Source: Eledone cirrhosa
Lineage: Eukaryota
Assembly (NCBI GenBank): GCA_964016885.1
Contig: OZ024761.1
Coordinates: 10,788,001-10,852,000 of the forward strand
DNA length: 64,000 bases
Direction: 5' to 3'
The notes under the pieces were generated by a model that had not been told where the DNA came from, did no database searches, and saw only the letters and a list, made by a program, of their open reading frames with translations. The stretch's first letter is position 1, and every line of letters starts with the position of its first letter. Shown in pieces: positions 55,457 through 64,000 of this stretch. The translations under genes were made by a program, and so were the position numbers.

Positions 55457-55832
55457 TCATCATCATCATCATCATCATCACCGTTTTACATCCGTTCTTC
55501 CATGCTAGCATGGGTTAGACGGGTTGTCCTGTTGTCTTGCTCATACGGGAACTGATTCTGGCTTGATTTCTACAGCTGGATGCCCTTCCTAACATTAACC
55601 TCATTTACAGTGAGTGCTGGGTGCTTTTTTGCCGTGGCACCTCCACAACCACTTTGCAGTGGAATGATAGGGACCCCAGTCCCTATCATCTCATTTCTAC
55701 AGCTGAGTAAACTGGAGCAATGTGAAATAAAGTGTCTTGCTCAAGGAAACAACACATCACCCGGTCTGAGAATTGAACTCACAACCGTTTGATTACAAGC
55801 CCAATGCTCTAACCACTAAGCCATGCGCCTTC
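55457..55832 (-). mobile_element. Full-length tRNA-derived SINE, intronic
   Basis: On the - strand: A-box TGGCTTAGTGG, B-box GAGTTCAATTC and a (GAT)n tail. Confidence 0.8.
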
Positions 55833-55937
55833 ACATTAAAAGAGTTAAAAGAGTTTAAAAAAACACTTTTGTGTCATAGAACAAGAAGCAGTTTCAAATA
55901 GGATCAATATTAAAAGAGTTGAGGTAGAAAAACTCAC

Positions 55938-56125
55938 CTGACTGTTCCATCAAACATAATTGGATCATGAGGAACGATGGAGAGCCGGGACCTGAGAACA
56001 TGTGAAGGTACAACTGAGATGTCCTGGTAGTTGATCATGATCTTTCCTTCATGTACGTGGATCATCTTGAATAAGGATAAGATGAGCGAAGACCTCCCAC
56101 TGCCGGCGTGTCCACAGAAGGCCAC
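55938..56125 (-). CDS. ABCC exon (NBD2 Walker A and Q-loop)
   Basis: 188 nt, AG/GT. VAFCGHAGSGRSSLILSLFKM..LRSRLSIVPHDPIMFDGTVR. Confidence 0.9.
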
Positions 56126-56153
56126 CTTAATATATGGAAATATGATAACAAAG

Positions 56154-56978
56154 TGTAAAGTTAGTGTAGAGAGAGGATAGCTCAGGTAGAGAAATGTAAT
56201 GTTAGTATAGAGAGGACTGCACTGGTATAGACGTGTAATGTTAGTGTAGAGAGAGGACTGCACTGGTATAGACGTGTAATGTGTAGAGAGAGGACTGCTC
56301 AGGTATAGACGTGTAATGTGTAGAGAGTGAACTGCTCAGGTATAGACATGTAATGTTAGTGTAGAGAGAGGACTGCACTGGTATAGACATGTAATGTTAG
56401 TGTAGAGAGAGGACTGCACTGGTATAGACATGTAATGTTAGTGTAGAGAGAGGACTGCACTGGTATAGACATGTAATGTTAGTGTAGAGAGAGGACTGCA
56501 CTGGTATAGACATGTAATGTTAGTGTAGAGAGAGGACTGCACTGGTATAGACATGTAATGTTAGTGTAGAGAGAGGACTGCACTGGTATAGACATGTAAT
56601 GTTAGTGTAGAGAGAGGACTGCACTGGTATAGACATGTAATGTTAGTGTAGAGAGAGGACTGCACTGGTATAGACATGTAATGTTAGTGTAGAGAGAGGA
56701 CTGCACTGGTATAGACATGTAATGTTAGTGTAGAGAGAGGACTGCACTGGTATAGACATGTAATGTTAGTGTAGAGAGAGGACTGCACTGGTATAGACAT
56801 GTAATGTTAGTGTAGAGAGAGGACTGCTCAGGTATAGACATGTAATGTTAGTGTAGAGAGAGGACTGCTCAGGTATAGACATGTAATGTTAGTGTAGAGA
56901 GAGGACTGCTCAGGTATAGACATGTAATGTTAGTTTAGAGAGAGGTCAGGTCAAGTATAGACATGTAATGTTAGTGTA
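56154..56978. repeat. 41-bp minisatellite filling almost the whole intron
   Basis: Unit gtaatgttagtgtagagagaggactgcactggtatagacat. Confidence 0.95.
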
Positions 56979-57002
56979 AAACCACCACCACCACCACGTT
57001 AC

Positions 57003-57133
57003 CTTCTCTGCATCCTTTATAGTAAAGGTGGCATCAATCACAACAGGACATTGGTCAGGGTCATAGTTTAAAGCAATATGATGAAACTCAATATCTCCAA
57101 AATCTGGCCAAGATTCTGGTACTTCAATACAAT
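57003..57133 (-). CDS. ABCC exon (start of NBD2)
   Basis: 131 nt, AG/GT. VPESWPDFGDIEFHHIALNYDPDQCPVVIDATFTIKDAEK. Confidence 0.9.
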
Positions 57134-57155
57134 CTGGAATATAGAAAGACATTTC

Positions 57156-60100
57156 AATGAAAGACACTGTCTATGTCATTAACCCTCTCATTACCATATT
57201 TCTAATGAAAGACACTGTGTATGTCATTAACCCTTTCATTACCATATTTCTAATGAAAGACACTGCCTATGTCATTAACCCTTTCATTACCATATTTCTA
57301 ATGAAAGACACTGTGTATGTCATTAACCCTTTCATTACCATATTTCTAATGAAAGACACTGTCTATGTCTTTAACCCTTTCATTACCATATTTCTAATGA
57401 AAGACACTGTCTATGTCTTTAACCCTTTCATTACAATATTTCTAATGTAAGACACTGTCTATGTCGTTAACCCTTTCATTACTTTATTTCTAATGAAAGA
57501 CACTGTAAATGTCATTAACCCTTTCATTACCATATTTCAAATGAAAGACACTACCTATGTCATTAACCGTTTCATTACCATATTTCTAATGAAAGACACT
57601 ACCTATGTCATTAACCGTTTCATTACCATATTTCTAATGAAAGACACTGTCTATGTCATTAACCCTTTCATTACCATATTTCTAATGAAAGACACTGTCT
57701 ATGTCTTTAACCCTTTCATTACCATATTTCTAATGAAAGACACTGTCTATGTCATTAACCCTCTCATTACCATATTTCTAATGAAAGACACTGTCTATGT
57801 CATTAACCCTCTCATTACCATATTTCTAATGAAAGACACTGTCTATGTCGTTAACCCTTTCATTACCATATTTCTAATGAAAGACACTGTCTATGTCGTT
57901 AACCCTTTCATTACCATATTTCTAATGAAAGACACTGTCTATGTCGTTAACCCTTTCATTACCATATTTCTAATGAAAGACACTATCTATGTCATTAACC
58001 CTTTCATTACCATATTTCTAATGAAAGACACTGTCTATGTCGTTAACCCTTTCATTACCATATTTCTAATGAAAGACACTGTCTATGTCATTAACCCTTT
58101 CATTACCATATTTCTAATGAAAGACACTGTCTATGTCGTTAACCCTTTCATTACCATATTTCTAATGAAAGACACTGTCTATGTCATTAACCCTTTCATA
58201 ACCATATTTCTAATGAAAGACACTGTCATTAACCCTTTCATTACCATATTTCTAATGTAAGACACTGTCTATGTCGTTAACCCTTTCATTACCGTATTTC
58301 TAATGAAAGACACTGTCTATGTCTTTAACCCTTTCATTACCATATTTCTAATGTAAGACACTGTCTATGTCTTTAACCCTTTCATTACCATTTTTCTAAT
58401 GAAAGACACTGTCTATGTCTTTAACCTTTTCATTACCATATTTCTAATGAAAGACACTGCCTATGTCATTAACCCTTTCATTACCGTATTTCTAATGAAA
58501 GACACTGTCTATGTCTTTAACCCTTTCATTACCATATTTCTAATGTAAGACACTGTCTATGTCATTAACCCTTTCATTACCATATTTCTAATGAAAGACA
58601 CTGTCTATGTCTTTAACCCTTTCATTACCATATTTCTAATGTAAGACACTGTCTATGTCATTAACCCTTTCATTACCATATTTCTAATGAAAGACACTGT
58701 CTATGTCTTTAACCCTTTCATTACCATATTTCTAATGTAAGACACTGTCTATGTCTTTAACCCTTTCATTACCATATTTCTAATGAAAGACACTGTCTAT
58801 GTCTTTAACCCTTTCATTACCATATTTCTAATGTAAGACACTGTCTATGTCGTTAACCCTTTCATTACTTTATTTCTAATGAAAGACACTGTCTATGTCT
58901 TTAACCCTTTCATTACCATATTTCTAATGTAAGACACTGTCTATATCATTAACCCTTTCATTACCATATTTCTAATGAAAGACACTGTCTATGTCTTTAA
59001 CCCTTTCATTACCATATTTCTAATGTAAGACACTGTCTATGTCTTTAACCCTTTCATTACCATATTTCTAATGAAAGACACTGTCTATGTCTTTAACCCT
59101 TTCATTACCATATTTCTAATGTAAGACACTGTCTATGTCGTTAACCCTTTCATTACTTTATTTCTAATGAAAGACACTGTCTATGTCATTAACCCTTTCA
59201 TTACCATATTTCTAATGAAAGACACTGTCTATGTCTTTAACCCTTTCATTACCATATTTCTAATGTAAGACACTGTCTATGTCATTAACCCTTTCATTAC
59301 CATATTTCTAATGAAAGACACTGTCTATGTCTTTAACCCTTTCATTACCATATTTCTAATGTAAGACACTGTCTATGTCTTTAACCCTTTCATTACCATA
59401 TTTCTAATGTAAGACACTGTCTATGTCATTAACCCTTTCATTACCATATTTCTAATGAAAGACACTGTCTATGTCTTTAACCCTTTCATTACCATATTTC
59501 TAATGTAAGACACTGTCTATGTCTTTAACCCTTTCATTACCATATTTCTAATGTAAGACACTGTCTATGTCTTTAACCCTTTCATTACCATATTTCTAAT
59601 GAAAGACACTGTCTATGTCTTTAACCCTTTCATTACCATATTTCTAATGTAAGACACTGTCTATGTCGTTAACCCTTTCATTACTTTATTTCTAATGAAA
59701 GACACTGTCTATGTCTTTAACCCTTTCATTACCATATTTCTAATGTAAGACACTGTCTATGTCATTAACCCTTTCATTACCATATTTCTAATGTAAGACA
59801 CTGTCTATGTCATTAACCCTTTCATTACCATATTTCTAATGAAAGACACTGTCTATGTCTTTAACCCTTTCATTACCATATTTCTAATGTAAGACACTGT
59901 CTATGTCTTTAACCCTTTCATTACCATATTTCTAATGTAAGACACTGTCTATGTCGTTAACCCTTTCATTACCATATTTCTAATGAAAGACACTGTCTAT
60001 GTCATTAACCCTTTCATTACCATATTTCTAATAAAAGACACTGCCTATGTCATTAACCCTTTCATTACCATATTTCTAATGAAAGACACTGCCTATGTCA

Positions 60101-60398
60101 TTAACCCTTTCATTACCATATTTCTAATGAAAGACACTATTTATGTCATTAACCCTTTCATTACCATATTTCTAATGAAAGACACTGTCTATGTCGTTAA
60201 CCCTTTCATTACCATATTTCTAATGAAAGACACTGTCTATGTCTTTAACCCTTTCATTACCATATTTCTAATGAAAGACACTGTCTATGTCGTTAACCCT
60301 TTCATTACCATATTTCTAATGAAAGACACTGTCTATGTCCTTAACCCTTTCATTACCATATTTCTAATGAAAGACACTGTCTATGTCATTCACCCTTT
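57156..60398. repeat. 48-bp intronic minisatellite, about 67 copies, same unit as 52760-53463
   Basis: Visible directly. Confidence 0.95.
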
Positions 60399-60528
60399 TA
60401 TGAGTTTTCATACAACTGAATATTCTTTGTCAAAACCAGACAGATTGCAACACAGAGGATATATTGAATGTAATTCAATGGAAGAAGATTCCAGTAAATC
60501 ATGAAAGACAGTAGAAAAGGTAACAAAC

Positions 60529-60646
60529 CAGGTGGATCAATGGATGGTGGAGTTTCGCAGGCATATTCTACGACCCTTTCTAAAGATGTAATGTTATTTT
60601 CCAGTTCTGTTGTATGTCGAGCTATCATGTTCATATAGATCGGCAT
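60529..60646 (-). CDS. ABCC exon (end of TMD2)
   Basis: 118 nt. MPIYMNMIARHTTELENNITSLERVVEYACETPPSIDPP. Confidence 0.88.
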
Positions 60647-60704
60647 CTGGAATAGAGAAAAATTTATATAACACCATATCAGTCACCTCGTGGTTTAACA
60701 ATAA

Positions 60705-61290
60705 TTATATATAATTTACTATAATATAACATATATAGAATTTACTATAATATAGCATATATATGATTTACTATAATATAGCATATATAATTTACTATAA
60801 TATAAAATATATAGAATTTACTATAATATAACATATATATAATTTACTATAACATATATATAATTTACTATAACATAAAATATATAGAATTTACTATAAT
60901 ATAACATATATATAATTTACTATAACATATATATAATTTACTATGACATAAAATATATAGAATTTACTATAATATAACATATATATAATTTACTATAACA
61001 TATATATAATTTAATATAACATAACATATATATAATTTACTATAACATATATCTAATTTACTATAATATAAAATATATAGAATTTACTATAATATAACAT
61101 ATATATAATTTACTATAACATAAAATTTATAGAATTTACCATAATATAACATATATATAATTTACTATAACATAAAATATATAGAATTTACTATAATATA
61201 ACATATATATAATTTACTATAACATATATATAATTTACTATAACATAAAATATATATAATTTACTATAATATAAGATATATATAATTTAA
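60705..61290. repeat. AT-rich minisatellite of about 21-26 bp (aatttactataatataacatatatat)
   Basis: Visible directly. Confidence 0.9.
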
Positions 61291-61509
61291 GTAAGTTTGT
61301 TGTGAAACAGCAAGCAAAGTTTGAAATTTAGTAGAAATAGCTTTTGCTATATTTTTTACTAAAGAAATTTTAGCCTGATAGTGGAGTTTAAAAACCTCTA
61401 AAAATGGAAAAGGATGAATATATTGATTTCAGATCAAATCGTTTGCCTGACAAAGAGCTCAAAAAAACAAAAAACAACATAAAACGAAAAATCCCCAAAC
61501 TTTTCTTAC

Positions 61510-61623
61510 CATCAACACATTTAACATACAAAGTCCGACCAAAGTACCATTTTCTTGGTTCTGGATGGAGAACGCCAAACTACCAAGAGATGCTAGCAAC
61601 AGGATAAGGCTGCCAAGGAAATC
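61510..61623 (-). CDS. ABCC exon (TMD2 helices); not in the ORF track
   Basis: 114 nt, ttgcAG/GTaaga. DFLGSLILLLASLGSLAFSIQNQENGTLVGLCMLNVLM. Confidence 0.85.
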
Positions 61624-61674
61624 CTGCAATAAAAAGGGGTTGTGTTTGTTATAGAAGTTAACTAATGTTTATAG

Positions 61675-61838
61675 GGGTATGGCTTAGTGATTAGAGCATT
61701 GGACTTGCAATCAAAAGGTTGTGAGTTCAATTCTCGGACTGGGTGATGTGTTGTTTCCTTGAGCAAGACACTTTATTTCACGTTGCTCCAGTTTACTCAG
61801 CTGTAGAAATGAGATGATAGGACTGGGGTCCCTATCAT
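61675..61838 (+). mobile_element. tRNA-derived SINE 5' half
   Basis: tggcttagtga..gagttcaattc. Reverse complement of the 55670-55825 region. Confidence 0.75.
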
Positions 61839-62098
61839 TAAATTACCCAAGACACCTCCAATATATATATAAGATATACCTTGGAGGAGGCCAGCTAAAC
61901 CTGCATAGGTGCGAGCTGTCACACATACACATAGGGGTATGGCTGAGAAGTGCAGGAGTCTATTTAGGAAACAGTTAGCTCTGTGTAGTGTCTTCACTGT
62001 GTAGCATCGTGTCTTGGGCAAGTAGTGTAATCTACTATAGCCTTGGCTTGACTAATGTCATACCAGTGGAATATGGTAGACAGAAACTATGTGGAAGC

Positions 62099-62141
<43 letters not shown>

Positions 62142-62147
<6 letters not shown>

Positions 62148-62815
62148 ATAATAATGAAATTATTGTGTAAAGTGCTCAGGTGCACTACAACTCGTCAAAG
62201 GTGTATGTATAGTACATAGAATAATACACAAATGTCAGGGAAGTGAATAGTGTATGAGTCATGGTATACATGTGTGTGTGTGTATGGAGGGGGAACATTA
62301 GCTGTAGTGTTGGTGGATCTCGGGAAGCATGGAGGCCTTAAAGGATGCAGTGTCTCGACAGCTAACAACTGATGCGGGTAGTTTGTTCCATGCTTCAGCA
62401 ACTCTGAGCGTGAAAAATTGTTTCCGAAAGTCATGGGAGTTGTGCTGTTTTCTGACTTTTTTGGCATGTCCACGTGTGTTAGACACATGGAAATCAAAAA
62501 GGTACTCAGGGTTGTTGTTGGCAAGATGGTTAACAATTTTGTGAGTGTTTACCAAGTCAGTTGCCAGGCGTCGGAGCTTCAATGTATCCATGCCCAGGGA
62601 AGCAAGGCGCTCAGAGTATGGTAGATGCCTGATGGAGGGTATTCGCTTGGTTCCACGTCTCTGAAGAGTTTCCAGGCGGTCAATGTTCTGAGCAAGATAG
62701 GGGTTCCAGACTGGTGATGCAAATTCTAAGTGTGGCCGCACCATAGCAATGTACAGCCTTAAATAGATATCTGGAGAGTGGCTGACAAAGGTCTTGCTGA
62801 GTGATGCTAAGAGAC
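62142..62815 (-). mobile_element. CR1/L2-group LINE 3' fragment, intronic
   Basis: VRPHLEFASPVWNP..LETLQRR..LRRL..TRGH..FFTLRV..WNKLP..FK. Confidence 0.85.
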
Positions 62816-63213
62816 CCTCGGTCCTCTTGACATTTTAGAGACGTGCTTCGTCCAACGCAAATCGCTGCTGACCGTAATGCCCAGGTCGCGTTCACAAGAA
62901 GACTTCTTGATATTAGTGCTACAGTATCAGCAATGGAAAGACCAATGGAAACACCGTTTCCTTTGTCCGATTTGACAAGGTCCACCCCACTCGGCAAGTG
63001 AATTAGGTCTGGTATCTAGTAGATCATTAAAAGAAGCAGAAAGACTATATATATATATATATTTATTAAAATAACAGATTAAAGTTTAAGCAATACTTAA
63101 ACTTTAATCAGTTATTTTAATAAATTTTTGCTCTACGGTTCTTATATATTTGATATATATTTATCCTTATCGAGCCCTCTTTGGATTTTAGTCTTCAAAT
63201 TTATTATTATTAC

Positions 63214-63253
<40 letters not shown>

Positions 63254-63254
63254 A

Positions 63255-63515
63255 AGATGGCGTAGATATACAATACAACAGGAGGAACATAATAGTACCA
63301 CTGATGATGTTGCAGATGTGCAACGAAAGAACTTTGTTAGACTATATATATTTTTTTACCGTTGGTCAGTCAATGGTAAACATTGAGGACCAAATGAATT
63401 AACTGTGGAGATATAAAAGATACAGAAGCGAAAACCAACCAAACAATGAGTGTGTTCTGTTATTATTTCTGGCAATATTATTACAACAATATGACCCTCC
63501 CCAAGTATTAACAAT
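63255..63515 (+). mobile_element. Diverged solo pLTR of PLE family F, intronic
   Basis: Colinear with 46392-46690 (atggcgtaga..ctgatgatgttgcagatgtgcaacgaaag..atgaccctcccca). Confidence 0.8.
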
Positions 63516-63772
63516 ATATATATATAAATATATACATATATAGGTATTTGTATTGGTGCTCTGAAATAGCGATGTATACATGAATGTATGTATAGTATAT
63601 CTGGCAATATACAGTATGTTTAATTTAAAACATTTAGAAGACCATTCGCTATCAGTTTTAAAGTAGTGACTTTGTCACTTTTCTTTTTTTTTTTTTTGGC
63701 AATATATTTACATACAGACCGAGATAGACACACACACAAACATACAGACAATTTAGAAATAGTAAGACTTAC

Positions 63773-63875
63773 CAAACGTATCGCTAACCACCGATTTACA
63801 GCATGGATGTATAGGAAGACAACATTGAACACATTTATAGCGTGGGTGACATAACCAGTAAACCAGTACTGTACC
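63773..63875 (-). CDS. ABCC exon (TMD2); the gene continues beyond the window end
   Basis: 103 nt, AG/GTaagt. VQYWFTGYVTHAINVFNVVFLYIHAVNRWLAIRL. Confidence 0.88.
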
Positions 63876-64000
63876 CTGGAAAAGAGGGTTTAGAACAGCT
63901 TAATTTGAAGTTATTATAACATATATAACTGCTGGGTAAAGAAGTGCCAGGAAATCCCTGTAGAAGGAAGACGCAGTAGAGGTAGACCACAAAAAACATG

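Noticed and set aside
52788-60504. (MKDTVYVINPFITIFL)n ORFs
   Set aside because: 48-bp intronic satellite, antisense to the gene, with many units carrying TAA.
61677-61745. tRNA gene
   Set aside because: A/B boxes are present but the sequence continues into a SINE body and has no clean cloverleaf.
61797-62021. Possible ABCC transmembrane exon (AGLAGLL)
   Set aside because: The phase does not fit. The exon at 61510-61623 fits both phase and family sequence.

Overview
This is eukaryotic (animal) genomic DNA, very AT-rich and full of (TA)n/(CA)n microsatellites. The SINE and repeat style suggests a cephalopod or other mollusc, but that is inference. Most ORFs in the track are microsatellite or minisatellite artefacts. 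The real content is: (1) A cluster of Penelope-like element (PLE) sequences and hammerhead ribozymes (HHR). It includes a 5'-truncated RT+GIY-YIG PLE (1077-2798, -), a second truncated copy (9891-11788), a different PLE GIY-YIG fragment (45168-46163) and a 3.1-kb fold-back element (31245-34338). It also has a 3.9-kb palindromic array of a 310-bp unit carrying 12 minimal type I HHRs (3604-7475). I read at least five distinct HHR sequence families by eye, plus a weaker sixth. Five elements share the layout inverted 3' end / body / 3' end, inserted in (TA)n. (2) A near-intact APE+RT LINE ORF2 (14446-17466, -), plus many LINE and SINE fragments, MITEs and satellites, one apparently built from mariner ends. 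(3) The last nine exons of an ABCC (MRP/SUR-like) gene on the - strand (51475-63875). Its frame and splice sites are intact, but the NBD2 catalytic motifs are degenerate and its introns are filled by minisatellites. All coordinates were read manually and may be off by a few bases.
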